Below are positions 1-13,101 of a DNA stretch of 64,000 bases, piece after piece. This DNA is from Podargus strigoides. Lineage: Eukaryota. The stretch spans positions 17,888,261 through 17,952,260 of the forward strand of contig CM051622.1 in assembly GCA_028020825.1 (NCBI GenBank), in the 5' to 3' direction. Position numbers and translations under genes: made by a program. The notes under the pieces were generated by a model. The model made no database searches. It was given only the letters and a program-made list of their open reading frames with translations, and was not told the origin of the DNA. The first letter of the stretch is position 1, and each line of letters opens with the position of its first letter.

Positions 1-614
1 TGAATTAACTGACATGCCTTGGAATGCCTTTTCCATGCATTGGAAAAAAAAATCACAGCATTGTAATTCCAAGCTTTTTTGTCCCAATGTCTTGGATACT
101 TCATCACATTGAACACTAACATCTCTCTGTCTGAACAGAACCAGGTACATGGGCGTACACATCTGCTTTGAGAACTAACAGAAGATGTATGTTCTTGTAT
201 CTACAGCAACAACTTCACTATGTTGTGAATACGTGTGATGAAGTACTACCACTGTCATGGCCGGCACCCCATTTCTACAGCTTCAAGTGAAGAAACAATA
301 CAACATTGTAAAACTGTGTGCACCTTTCCAGGTAAAAGGATTTTGAGAACAAATCCTCTGCCACTGAATGCAGTTTTATTTTAAACTAGACCCTGTGCCA
401 GCTGGAAACAATGGAAATTAGACTCTCAGTAACTGCACATCGTGAGGAGGACACCAATGTTTATGCACACATAACTGTGACTTAGGACTTGCTCTTTAGG
501 TGTGCTGTGTTCTATATGTTGCAAAGAGTTTGCTTACTTCCAGGTATAACAAATCATGTGCAGGAACAAAGTATATCTTAATGGATATACATCAAGGAAT
601 TCTAGAACTTTTAC

Positions 615-992
615 CTGTTCAAGCTTTTGTAAGAGTGGATCGCTGTGATCGGATTTATTCTGACCATCCATTTCACCACAAACAAAGTCTGGTTTAGAGG
701 TTTCCATGTTTCGTGCTGCTGCTGGAAAAGATGTCTCAGTGGTATATTGCTGAAGTGTACAAGAGCTCCCAGACTCTTCACACAAGGAGTCATCACTTAC
801 AGAACAGCTGTCTGAAAGATGCAACACTTCGGCAGGGAAAGCTGGGACATTTTCAGGTCCAGATAACAAGTTTTCTTTGTTGATTTTCAAACCAGTAAAA
901 GTAGGATCTAATAAAACTCCAGCACGGGAACTATCAGACAGCCAATGTGCAATGAAGTTTTGTTCACTGTTCGGATTTTCAACAGTTGGCAT
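615..992 (-). CDS. CENPJ: CENPJ/CPAP N-terminal coding exon. Minus-strand ORF 534..1037 translates to MPTVENPNSEQNFIAHWLSDSSRAGVLLD...DPLLQKLEQ. The exon ends at the minus-strand donor CAG|GTAAAAG, whose intron starts at plus-strand 614
   Basis: Resembles the human CENPJ N-terminus as remembered ([32 protein letters not shown]...DPLFKKLEQLKE). The start codon is taken as the ATG at minus 992..990 (MPT...). In-frame Met codons further upstream (1037, 1031) may extend it. The donor reads gaacag|gtaaaag on the minus strand. Name assigned from memory only. Confidence 0.55.
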
Positions 993-2049
993 CTTGTAAA
1001 TTGTATTCCAATTTATTTGCTGACGTAGCATTAACATAACAACATTACATTACATAGTGTTAGGACAGTAAAACTTTCAAAGTTCAAGGTATTTGGTATG
1101 GATAGTTTACCTTCTTTTAGCACCTAGAAATTAAGCAGACAAACAAAAAATGAGACATCTACAATAACAGATTCCCAGTAAAAGAAAGTTTCTCTCTTAA
1201 AACCAACATAGTATATTTATAAAAATAAGTCACAATCTACTTCTCCCTTGATAACAGAAACAATTTGAACAATGACTAACAAACACCTTCTGTGCAGGTA
1301 ATCAACATAATCCAACTTCTAATCTTATTATTTATTTGAGTGCAGTTAATACTACCTCAAATATTATAAAGTTGTGTCGAATATTCTCTTCAGTAGTACA
1401 GAGAGGGATTAATAATTTTTTTTAAGTGTCTGCAACAAAAGAAGAGAGGTGACTTAAGGAATTGAAAGAGAGACTTCCCACACAGGACCTTCATATTAGT
1501 GCTAAGTTCCAAACACGTCCCTCTAAATACAAACATTTTACTGCACGTATTTCAGTGCAGCACTTGTCATTTTCGTGTCTTCCTTAGTTTCTCGTGGAAA
1601 CTCTACAACCACGCTGCCCGTTAACTTCTTCCTCCCAACCAGCTTCTTTATTTAAATCCATCCCAAAAAAGTTTGAAGACTGCAAGTGTTTCAGTGATGA
1701 CCAAATTCCTACAAGTGTAAAAAACTCGAATGAGTTCAGGTAGAGGAGACCCAAAGTGATTTCCTCACTTGGGAAGAGAAACAGACAGAACTGCTGAGGA
1801 TGATGATGCGGCAGCAAGAACCTGACCCTCAAACTAGTCCCAGGGCAATTAACTCTGCCTGGGCATATGGCGTGTCACGGAGGAAAGAAGGGGCCAGGGG
1901 ACAAAGGACAGACAACCACAGCAGCCCGGCTCACCAAACAGTCCTGCTGACCAAGAACCAACTTCTGCAAGCTCCCTACTCCCCAGGAGACCACCTCATG
2001 CCAGCTCTCGCTTAATTTTCCCACTGTAAAAGGGTTTATGCTTTCAATC

Positions 2050-3070
2050 AAAGTCTGAAACTGCGATTATTTTTCCTGTCACCTCTCGGAGACCCTTTCG
2101 AGGCAGTTTAAAGCTTCCCCTAAAGCCGAAGGGCAGCAGCGCTCCGTGCCCACCGCAAGAGCCGGCAGGGCCGAGGCTGTCCCGCCCCGGCAAGGCGAGG
2201 AGCGACTAAAGGAGCGACCAAAGGGGAGACGGGCATAGCCACGCTCCTCAGCGGAGCCGAGGGGCCAGGTGAGACCCCGTCGCCGCCGTCCGGACACGGG
2301 AACTGTCCCGGGCCGCCACACCCTCACAGAGGACACCGCAAACGCGCCGCCGGCGCCCACCGCTCCCCCAGCCCCGCGGCACCCGCACCGCCGCAGCTCT
2401 GACCCGCGGGCCCTCGCGAGTACCGGGGCGACAGCACGGGCGCCGCTTCTCAGCCGCTGCCACAGAACGCGCCGCTCTGGCCACCACTCCTCTCCTATTA
2501 CAAACCTGCCGCCATCGCACAGCCTCCCGGCGCCACAGGCCGGGCAGCGCCCCAGCGCCGAGCGTGCCGGGAGTTGTAGTCCCGAGCCACCGCCTTTCCC
2601 GCCCAGCCGCGAGGCGGTGCTTCGGTGCCCGAACTACAGGTCCCGAGAGCCTCCGCGGCGAAAAGGCCGTTGACGAGCATCAAAAGTGGAGCAGTGCGAT
2701 CGCAGACCTGCGGCCTCGGTTCTCGCCCGGGGCTGTAGGGGCGGGAAGAGGCGGCGGGGATCGAGGTGGAGGAGTTTCTCTCAGGCAGCTGGGCCGGCCC
2801 CTCGCTCCTCAGGACGGCCGGCAGGTGGAGCCGGCTTCCGGGTCCTCCCCGCTGGTGGCTCTCGGGGAGAGGCGGTTTCTCTTCGGGCAGTGCCGGTCCT
2901 GAAGAGGAGGAAGGCCGCACCCGCGCAGTGCTCCTCGGCGGCGGGCCCGGCACGGTGTGTGAGGGGATTCCTGTCCAGGGAGCTGGCCGCAGGCCTTCCG
3001 GGCTGCGGGGCTTTCTGCAGGGGTGAGGCTTTGGACTTCCAGCGTGCTTTTATTGCGGCTAGCTACACCC
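2050..3070. promoter_or_regulatory. CpG island lying between the divergently oriented CENPJ (-) and PARP4 (+) coding regions. It presumably holds the non-coding first exons and a bidirectional promoter
   Basis: Very high GC and CpG density (gccgccg, cgcg runs) compared with AT-rich flanks. There are overlapping GC-rich ORFs on both strands with no coherent protein. A candidate plus-strand donor ctgcagg|gtgagg sits near 3022. Confidence 0.6.
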
Positions 3071-6000
3071 TTTTAATCTTGAAATGTCTGCAGTGAGGGA
3101 GGAACGGAGAGAACGGAGCATTCTCCGGCTTTCTGACGCTTTGTGCTTTAGGCATGCTCTGTTTTACTGAGAGAATCAGTGTTTCCCTCTGCACTCCAGT
3201 AAGTGGCAGAGTGTCACTCTTCAGAAACTCGTGGTATGTCGCAGGCTGTCACCTGTTTGCAGCTCTTCTGGGCAGGTACAACACCGAGTTCTCAGCTGTA
3301 TAAACCCAGGGCAGCCCTTGCAGTTACCTACTACTAGTTTTAATTTCTGCTGTTACTTTCTGTAGTTCTACACGGGTGTTTCTGCTAAACTTGCCATTAT
3401 CTTCCCTGCACTGTGCTTTTGTCAGTTATAAATACACTGTCTACGTGATTGTCCTCAGACTGCATTCTGTATTAATAGTGGGAAGCAACAGTGTTAGGAA
3501 ATACAAGGATTTGTACTCGTGCTTTCTTAAAGCACAGCATCACATTTAGTCACTTTGACGTCTTCAGTGGGAAAATACAGTAGGGGTTTGTTTCCAGTTT
3601 ATCTGCACACTGAAGGCCTTACAGGACTACAGACTATTCATGGTTTGTTGTTGGATGATAAATATTTTTTCTGGCTCCCTCTTGAAGTGCTGGGGTCTGA
3701 ACCCCAAGCCCTGAATTAAGGTTGACATAGGGGTGGGCCCCATGGTCCTTTAAGAGGAGGGGATGAGTTTGCCTTTTGGCTTTCCTCCAAGGTGTGGCCG
3801 GCCTTGTAAGGAAAGCCCTTGGGTAAACAAGCCCCAGGTGCCCTGCATTGGGTAAATGAGTGCCAGGCGTCCTGCTTTGGGCATAAAAGCTGGGATGCAC
3901 CTCACCGAGTTTTCTGTTGGGGAAGGACCTCCTGCCTCCTTGTGCATCTGGATCCCAGTCAGGTCTGGCACCTACAAATGCAGGCTTTGTGGGGAGGCAA
4001 CATGGGGTTACCTCTATCGTATGTGATCACCCTATTGACTTGGTTGTCTCCCATTTTTTCTATGGGTTACCTTGTATCTTTGTTTATTCCATCCATTACA
4101 GGTCATGCTATATCATTCCTGGGGTCGCTGGGGGTGATATCTATTATTTGTTATCTGACTTGTTTGTACCCCCAGCGATCCCCTATATACTGACTCCTTT
4201 ACGTGCAATAGAATCTACTTACTGGATTGTTTTTCTGCTGCTGGCTGTGTCCTTTGTACTGGGCCTAGTAATTGGCAAAACACCTCTCCATGCTAAAAAT
4301 ATAATCCCTTGCTAACGGTGGTGTTGAATTTGTGGTTTGATCATGAAGTACAAGCTTGTGTGAAATCTCTTTGAGGCTACTAGGGCCTTACGAATCTCCA
4401 CCAGCATAAATTAAAATTGTAAGAATTAAACCAGTGATAACTGTCAGTAGTTCTACTTTGTGTAACTTCCTTCTCTGGTGCTGCAACAACACCATATTCC
4501 AGTTATAAAAGTGTTTATCAGCAGTTAATTAATTCTCAACCCACAGATTAAATACAATACTTTTCTATTGTGATTTTGAATTTTGGAAATTTTGCCATTC
4601 AAAAAGAGTAAAGCCAAACACTGCTGAAATTCCTCGAGAAGTTTGGTTCTCTAGGGAATAGGGGGAGAAAGGCTACTATTCAGTGGTAGCGTTCATCAAT
4701 AATGAAAGAGAATAAAGTCTTCACTCAAGAGAATAGAAAACTGCAGAGGACAGGCTTTGAACAGATTTTAACTCAATTTCCTACTCTCTGTCAAGTATTC
4801 CAAAGTTCACTTGTGCTTCAACAGCGGGCAGTTTCCTCTTCCTTCCAAGTGCAGTGAGGGTGAGTGTTCCTTACTGTGCAGTAGACTGCACTTTGCTTGG
4901 TTTATTTATTTGACTGGGTTGCTGTCCCTTCAGGCATTTTGCAGGGAGGTATGAGTGCGTCCTAGCCCTTCCTACCTGCAACACCCAGGCTTTCCAGTTG
5001 TACCTCCCACTGTTGGGGAAGCAGGAAGATCCTTCAGGGAGGGCAGCTGCCTGAGCAGGTGAGTGTAAACGAGCTGGCTCCCTCAAAATCTAAAGAGAGG
5101 AGTGGAATGAGGGGTCATTTAATACCTCTCATGCTGCAAACAGTGAAGGGGAAGTGTCTCTGCAGGCAGACTTGAAGCAAATAGATCACTCAAGTTTACA
5201 CATTCCTTTCTGCTTACTGGCTGACAGTTTATTTACAAATCAGTTCTCACATTTTTTTTCCTCATTTCTTAGCAGCTTGATTTTCATAAGCAAATGTAAT
5301 ATAAAATACTTTTGTGGCATTTTGCACAACATGTAGCTACCAATTTTGGTTGCTTCTGGTGTTTTCCAGGAGATCTGGATGTATAGGCAGAGTTGATGTT
5401 GCAGTTGGTTGTATGTATTTCATTGCCTTCTAATAAACTTGTTATTTTGTCTATGCAAATAGAGTTCATTATGTCCTGAGAAGGCAACTTCTGGTGATGC
5501 TTTAGCACTATCCAGAATCTTTAGATTTAGAGAATATATTGAGAAAACTAGTGCACACAGAGCCCTACTGAAGAGGGAGGCCCAGATCTATACTATGGTT
5601 ATTAAAGGAAGCCTTTGGCAGTGGCAGATTTGCCTTAAATTAATCTGTCTTGTTTGTGACAAGATTCAAAATAAAGTTGATAAAAGCAGCTTAAAGTAAG
5701 AGTTTATGCCACAGAGTAGAGCTTCTTAAAGGTACCATTTCCTGCCGAGCCAAGTTAGGACAAGGCTGCATCGTAAAAGATCTTTATCACCTCAGATAAC
5801 ATAGTATCTTGTGAAAACCTCTTAGTTAAAATATGGAGAGTTGGGTTTTTTTTGTGTGAGCAGAGGGTACTTTTATGCCAAAAGCACTGCTAGTGCCATA
5901 AAAAACAAAAACAAGAGGCACAAAATATAGGTATATGAGTGCTCTCTGCCTGACCTAAATGCATGTATTACTGTTGCAGAGTTGCCAGTTCTATCAGGTG

Positions 6001-6349
6001 TATAGTGCAGTACATGATTTGACCCCTTCCTATAGATTACCTTTCTGAGATGAAATGAGACATTGTGTCTCATAGCGCTGATTTCCCAGGTTTTCATGAA
6101 ACCTCAAATTAAAATGAGTTATGCTGCTCTCTCTCCTTGACTATTTCTTGGGGTTTAGCTCATAATTTAAGTCATTCCACGGTAGCTGGCCATCCAGTTC
6201 CTTTTTTACTGCACCAAAGAACAATTTTATGTGCAGACATACAAAATATAATAGGCCATAGAATAAGCAGATAAACACATTCCTTAATGTAGTATAGGTA
6301 ACATACTCCAAATCGTACCCCAAAATTACCTCGGGCTAGTGTGTTTTGA

Positions 6350-6369
6350 TTTTTTTTTTTTTTTTTTTT
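6350..6369. repeat. poly(T) tract
   Basis: Homopolymer run. Confidence 0.95.
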
Positions 6370-8161
6370 AATCTGAAACCTTATCTAGACTTGGGTCCTT
6401 GATAAATTAATCAAACAATAATCTTATATTAGATTGTGAAGTGCTGTTGTGGGTACCATTTAAACATTTCCTCTGCATTCGTAACATCTTTTGGTTTATT
6501 CTCGCTCCACACTACAGTGGAATCTTTCTGCAGGGTTGATACAAAGGTTTTGTTGACATTCTAAAGGCTTTGGTGCAGTTGAGCTATACTAATTTTCAAG
6601 CCAGAAGAACCTATTGGGTAATTAAATTCTTCCATTTTAATCCTAAGAAACTGGTAAAGAAACTGTTATAAGTGTTTCCTCATTTGCACATACATAGTGC
6701 AGAAAAATGTGAAGTGGTAAATGAATGCAAGTAGTTGAAACAGTGTCTGCTTTCCTTTTTGCAGTCTTTAATGGAGGTGTTGTTCATAGAGGTGGGAGGA
6801 TAGAAGCTCAATCAGAATTTGCAGTCTATGTGGGATCTCTCATTAAGTTGGAGAAAGGTCATTTTTGCTCCAAATGACCTCTCCAAAACAGAGGGCACTT
6901 AATATCAGACATTTTTGCCTAACACAAGAACTGCTTTCTGTTCACATCATCTTTACTTTCAAATGAGCTATTTCTTATTTGTCCTGCCTCATCTTGTGAG
7001 TCCAGGATGAATTTGGAGAGGCCAGGTGTTCTAGACTGTCAGTTTTGTCCAGTTATCTCGCAAATAAAATTATTTGGCCTTCAGTCACTGTGGAAAATTT
7101 AGGTCATCAAGTAGCTTTTCCAGAAATACAAATAGAGTAAAACCAAAGTCTTTCCCAGTGGCACTGACACTAACCCTCTGGATGAGGTATGTACATCTGT
7201 ACTGGGGTCCAAATTATAGTGTTCTCATTTACACTGTAATTATAATTCTCATCAGTTTTAAAAATAACTTTACACTTATAGGCATCCAGGAAAATAAATA
7301 GACATTGATGATACATTTGAATAACTTAAACCAAACACTGCCGTTATATTTTGTTATAATAAATTCTGCTCCTGGTTAAATAAAACTTTCACAGCCTCTC
7401 TTATAGTTTGTCAAAAATGACATGCAGCTGATTTCGATTCAAGTTGTTTTATAGACAATTTAGGTTGACAGTCTAGTCAGTAGCAGTGCCCCTACTTCCA
7501 TCTCTCCCCTATCTCTCCATCACTTCCATTGCTACACTATTCTTTTTTGTAAATCTTTGTCATAGGCCAGAGTGTGAATTCAGTCAGAAAACAAATCTGG
7601 ATTACAACTAGCCTCTTGGTTTTGGTTTTTATTTTGTTGTTGGGGTTGGTCAGTTTTTTGCCATGTTGGGTTTAATCTGGATCAGTTTTCCAAAGGTCCT
7701 TTTTGGTATTGTGGGATAGAGTTTTTTACATTTACAGCTTATAAATCAGTGAGTAAAAACATGAAAAACAGTTTACATTCATGGAAAAAAGTTATTTTAT
7801 AGTGGTACGGTGTGAAAGGAGAACTGAAAGAGAGGTTGTTCCCATTTAAATTAAGATAATTCCACATTACTGACAGTGAGTATTAGCAGCAAGATATCAA
7901 GACAAGAGTTTGGCAGTTAGCTCAAGCTGTCACTTTGCTGAAAATGTAAGTCATGCTAAATTTTCCACATAATTAAAAAAATGAATAAAAATGATTAAGA
8001 GATGTTCTGAGTGGATTTGATTACCATACCAATAAAATGGGATTTGTTTTGGAGCTTTTCAGCATTACAAAGAATATATTTGGTGAGAGACTATCTAGGT
8101 GGATAGTGGGAATGAAAGTTTTCTCAGCCAAAAAAAAAGTATTTATTTTCTCTTTTAACAG

Positions 8162-8294
8162 GAAGGCAATGGCAATCTTTGCAAACTGTGTATTCTTTAT
8201 TAAAGTGAAATACATACCCATTCAGGAGAAGACCAGGCTGAAAGCGTTGATAAAAGAAAATGGTGGAGAAGTTAATTTTGCGCTTAATCAAAAG
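8162..8294 (+). CDS. PARP4: PARP4 coding exon 2 (BRCT domain start). ATG at 8169, product MAIFANCVFFIKVKYIPIQEKTRLKALIKENGGEVNFALNQK
   Basis: Acceptor ttttaacag|g at 8161. Kozak context gcaATGG. Donor AAG|gtaagt at 8295. Matches the human MGIFANCIFCLKVKYLPQQQKKKLQTDIKENGG. Confidence 0.8.
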
Positions 8295-11200
8295 GTAAGT
8301 TCCAGATTTATTTCTGAGATCTCAGCAGGAAAATAGCAAGTTGTGCAAGTGTGTAGAGTGTTAATATTGCCACATGTAGAGAAATAAGAGCTGTAAAGGT
8401 TATGTCTCTGTTCAATATTTAAATGGAATTATTCCGTTTACATTTTTAATGCATCTGGGTCTGTATTGAAATGTCACCAAAAAAATCAAGAGTAATACTC
8501 TTCCTCCACAAAAGAACAAGGGAGATTTTTTCCCTGGATAAAATTGGTTTTCTTTTCTCATTGTCAGAGAGGAAAAACTCCGAATAAGGAGATGTATCAC
8601 TGAATTGAGTTTTGGTTATGTTATTGTTAGTGCAAGCATTTGATTACAAAGTGAGGAAGAGATGGTTGTAGAGTTAGAAATCTGTGATATTGCAGTTTTT
8701 TATTTAAATACTAATTTTTATTTTGAATATGTATTGAACATGCAGCATAGATAAATCAAGGAGTCTGTTTGCATGACATGCACAGCAATGAAATCAGCGG
8801 GCTGCATCTATACTGGTACATCACACACTTAGGAGTGCTCGCAAGGACTGTGGCCAGCTGGTGTGGCTTGGCCCACACCTACACTAGTGAACCCTCTTGG
8901 TCCTCAGGACTGAGGGTTCATATCCAGACTGCCTAATGGGAATGGTCATGGCGATGTTCTGTCTCCCAAACTATGCCTGGAAACTGGGAGGATGTGAGTT
9001 GGCAGAAGCTAGAAGTGTGCTGAGGAACATGCTAATGCCTTAGCAATATAAGTGTTCACATGCCAGTGACAGGGAATTATCTAACATTATCTAACTTAAC
9101 AGGCATAATACCTTGTTACTTCTGCCACTTGAAAGTGACATTTATTTCCTCCTTCCCATAGCTAGTAATTACAGCAAGCTCATAAATATTGCCATATTAG
9201 AGTGCTTCCTTCTAATCCACCTTGGGTAGAAGGTAATGCATTGCATTATGATTTCACTTTTTTTGTTTTCTGTGTATAGATTTTAATTGTGAGAAGAGTA
9301 TGATTAAGTGAGTTAATTTCTCCCTCTCACTCTTGTGTAACATTTCCTAATGTAACATTGGGTGAAGTACCTTGAAGTCTACCATTATGTATAGCTTCTA
9401 TAGGTGATTGTCATTTTACAAACAGCAAAAATTGTATACGCTGTCCTCAAGAATCTGCAGTTAAAATTGTGCATAACATAAGGTGTTGGCATTGAAGGAA
9501 AAAGAAAGGAATGTGTGAAGAACAGGAATATTGCAGGTACACTATCTTCTTACTTAGAGCCCAGCAGTTTCCTGGTGACTCTGACAATGCACATCTGTTT
9601 AGGAGAGAAAGTGAAGAATTGAAGAATAACATACTGAGGTCTAGCAAGAGTATTCCAAAGATGCGATCGATTTCTTTGTGCTGTAAATTCAGGTTCTTCC
9701 AAGATGCATTAACACATCTCTCTGTGGTGGCTGTGGTCTTGTGAAGAAGCAATGGGTAGACAATAATTAAGGCTCACCATTATTCTGTCGGAGCTGCTGA
9801 TATGACTTGCAGAAAAAGTCAAGGAAATTGCCTCATAAAACCAATAAACTTTAAAAAAAGCTTTGCTAAAAGAAAAAGTAATGATTGAAAATAGCAAGTG
9901 AACTAGGAGTTAATGCAGTACAAATATGTATTAATTGAAATATGTATTTTGAATCATCTTTATAAATACCATGGGAATAGAAAGATTTCAATACTTAAAA
10001 CTTGTGAGCTCTAGAATACTGCGAACAGCCAACAAGTAGCCAACCTGTTCAGGGTAAATCTTACCCAAGATTCAGAAGTTATATTACAATTAAAGATTAA
10101 AAAGAACCCCAATATGGATCTGGGCTCAGAGTTGTGTTAAAGGGCAAAGCAATTTGTCAGAAGATAAACCCACTTGCATTCCAGCTTGTTCTCACATGTC
10201 AGAGGGGCTGAGGGCCAGGTGTGCTTAGCTCTTGAGTGGTGCCCAAATTGACGTTAATAGTCCAATTGCACCCAATATAGATATTGGACTGTCACAGTTA
10301 CGGATACACTACTAGTGCCATACACTCTGTCTGGCAGTGTTCCATGAGCTATCATGGCCATACAGAAAGAGTTTGGCAGTGTACACTGTGAACTAACACA
10401 GCCAGATTAATGAATAGTGGAGTTTTATTAAAGCAACAGATACACAAGTTCTTTTGGATTGCTGATGATAAATCTACTGTCTGTAAAGCATATGCAAGCA
10501 CTACAGATGTTAATAATACAGCCTGGCTACAAAGGTGTTAAGTTACAAAACAACTCTAGAGAGGTTTCTAAGTTTCCTGGGGAAGCACTTGGTATAGCCG
10601 GGTGTTGAAATCCAAAGGCTTCCCTATGGCGGGGAGGAGAGGCTCAGCCCATTGATCCCAGAAGTCAGAGATAATCTGAGATGGTATGTTCCCTGATGGT
10701 GATGGTATCTTCCCTAACATCCCGCCCCCTCTCTTAAACCACTTTTATACTGTTTTTACCTGTCAGGTGGAGCTTGAGCGACTCTAGTCATACAAACTTT
10801 TGTTATGATTGGTGTAGAATTTTCTCGCTTTGCTTTCAAAGGTACAGACTAAGAAAAATTCAGTGTGCAAGCTCAAGGGCACCTCAGAGGCAGGTAGCTT
10901 TTGGAATGGAGGTGTGTCTTGGTATTATAATGAGCAAGGCTCACCCAAAGGACAGTATTTTGTCAAAAAATGACAGACCATTGGCCCAGAGTGACAAATA
11001 TGCAGCTTCAGTTCCATGGTACCTTCCACTTCCATCCATAGTCACAGAGCCTGGCTGTGGTGTCTCCACTCTGTTCCACCTTCCATACAGTTTCTCTTAG
11101 TCAGCACATCAAGCTCCCCTGATGTTACCAAAATCTAAGGCTTCCTCAGGAGCTTCGGTGGACTGAATTTCTTGCATACCAGCTGCATTCCACCCTGGAC

Positions 11201-12114
11201 TCTTCTTCCATGTTGTACCTTTCCTTAATGTGTGAACAATGCTATACCTTTTAAAATATTTCCAAGTTGTACAAGTTGACTATTTCCAAGTCACCTCCAG
11301 CAGTTATTCCACATGCTGTATCAGGGAAGAGCTCTTATTTTTTGAAGCTGTACTTTTGTCCTACGTGACAAGTGAAAGTACATGCATTTATCATCCTCTT
11401 TCCAAATAAAGTAGATCTAATTTCATTCCGATCTAATAACTTTTCATTTACCTGTGTCCATCAGTTCTTGCACACTTAGTGTTAACTGTTTGAAGTGCAA
11501 AATCCACTGCATCTTAATGAACATTTTATTTGATTTGACTTCTCTAAATGTTTTTATTTTGTCCTAACTGTGCAGAAAGTTTTAACTTTCAGCATATATA
11601 TAATTTTAGTAAAACAATGTATGACTCTTTTTAAGGCTGCCAAAGCATATTATGATTATTCAGCATTCTGCCCACGTTTTTTTGGGTTTTTTTTAACATT
11701 CTTACCCCAAATAGCTTTGGGTTTTTACCATGTTGGCCACAACAGAACTTGGCCCATTATTGGACCTCCTATGTGCTGCTAAAAGTTCTACAGAACATTA
11801 GGCAACTGATCACCTTCCTATCTTTGTAGTTACTGTAGAAAAGTGGGCACACTCTGAAGATGTCCATACTTCAGTTGAGCTTAACTGTCACCTGAAAGAG
11901 TCCTGCTCTCTCTGCTCTCTATGGATGGGAGTGCAGAGGTACCATGTTTCTAACTTAGATGTATCAATTAAAACAGGGTCCCAAAAGGTTGTCTGTTTTT
12001 AAATGTTTCCTTTGGACTCTAGGATTGTACTACTATGAACTGCAAATAAACAGTGTTTAGATTAATGCTGTAGTTATGTGTGCATAACACCTGTAATTGT
12101 AACCTGTCTTTCAG

Positions 12115-12310
12115 ATTACACATGTTCTTGTGGATGCTGGTGATGTCCTCAGCTGTCGCGATCTAAAAAACATTCAGAAGTATCAGCTCCCTGTTTTGTG
12201 TGCAGATTTCATTTGGAAATCAGTTGAAAAGGGGCAGCTTTTACAGATTGATGCATATGTGGTTAATAAATGTCAAGATGATACTTCTGATCAAAGGCTA
12301 GACGGACAGG
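12115..12310 (+). CDS. PARP4: PARP4 exon 3 (BRCT). Product ITHVLVDAGDVLSCRDLKNIQKYQLPVLCADFIWKSVEKGQLLQIDAYVVNKCQDDTSDQRLDGQ plus one carried base
   Basis: Acceptor ctgtctttcag| and donor g|gtaggt at 12311. It enters at phase 0 and leaves at phase 1. Confidence 0.85.
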
Positions 12311-12495
12311 GTAGGTATATCTGACATAGTTTATTCATCTATCAGTTACTTCGGGAGAGAATGTTTTAGAAGATGAATATTTATAATCAACTTTTAAGAA
12401 ATCAGCAACCTGGAAACTGGCAGTAAAGTTGATTAAAAAAATCAGATTTTTTTGGAAAAAAATGTGAGTTTTGTTCTGTGAGGTCTTTCCATTGA

Positions 12496-12518
12496 TTTTT
12501 TTTTTTTTTTTTTTTTTT
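12496..12518. repeat. poly(T) tract
   Basis: Homopolymer run. Confidence 0.95.
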
Positions 12519-12980
12519 CTTCTAATGAAGCTTCAAATAAGACTTCAAGTTGGAAATGTGGATCAAGTATTAAAAATAACAAAAAAGATATTCCAATGAC
12601 TGTCTTTCACCAACGTGAGCCACGGAGGAACAGTTGTCAGGCTCTGTGGTCAAGTGGCACAGTGTAGTTCTCAGCTACATGCCCTAATTATTTTTCCCCT
12701 TCCTGTCACAGAAGTCCGGGTGGCAGGAATAAGCACTGGTATGGCCCGTGGAGGTACGAATTCTAGCAGTGAGGCAGTTGTAGTCGTTGCCCTTCAATAC
12801 TTGACTCTGTATCCTGCCAGTTATACAACTGAATAAAATGTGAGCGTAGAAGCTGTTAACTTGTTTCAACGTGTAAAATAATTATAAATATTAAGTAGTA
12901 GTATTGTTTTTATTAACTATTCATAAGTTAAATTAAAGAAACCAGGTATTATACCAAGTAAATAAACATTTTGATTGCAG

Positions 12981-13101
12981 ATGTGGAAGACCCGTCATCT
13001 TTTGAAAATAAAAATGCCACAAAGAAAAATGAAAACTATTCCAACCTTACTGTTATTGAAGACAGTGAGAGCAGAATTGAGTCTGAAGTGGGGACTCCTA
13101 G
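12981..13101 (+). CDS. PARP4: PARP4 exon 4. Product DVEDPSSFENKNATKKNENYSNLTVIEDSESRIESEVGTP
   Basis: Acceptor ttgattgcag| and donor ag|gtaaaa. The reading frame is kept with the carried base and there are no stop codons. Confidence 0.75.

Noticed and set aside
100-330. A possible further downstream CENPJ exon on the minus strand
   Set aside because: The reverse-complement frames contain stops and show no coiled-coil-like, Q/E/K-rich translation. It cannot be supported from the sequence alone
2079-3096. Multiple overlapping 80-150-aa ORFs on both strands (e.g. 2269..2673+, 2498..2953-, 2686..3096+)
   Set aside because: They lie inside a CpG island. Their Arg/Pro/Ala/Gly-rich translations are typical GC-composition artefacts, with no conserved protein and no splice-consistent structure
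8037-8168. Upstream extension of the PARP4 exon-2 ORF (MGFVLELFSITKNIF…)
   Set aside because: It lies upstream of the splice acceptor at 8161 in intronic, AT-rich sequence. The conserved protein begins at the ATG at 8169 (MAIFANC…)
12636-12700. tRNA-like stretch ggctctgtggtcaagtggcacagtgtagttctcagcta…
   Set aside because: It has a D-loop-like AGTGG but no T-loop (GGTTCGAATCC-type) and no acceptor-stem pairing. It is probably chance similarity or a degraded SINE. It was not called
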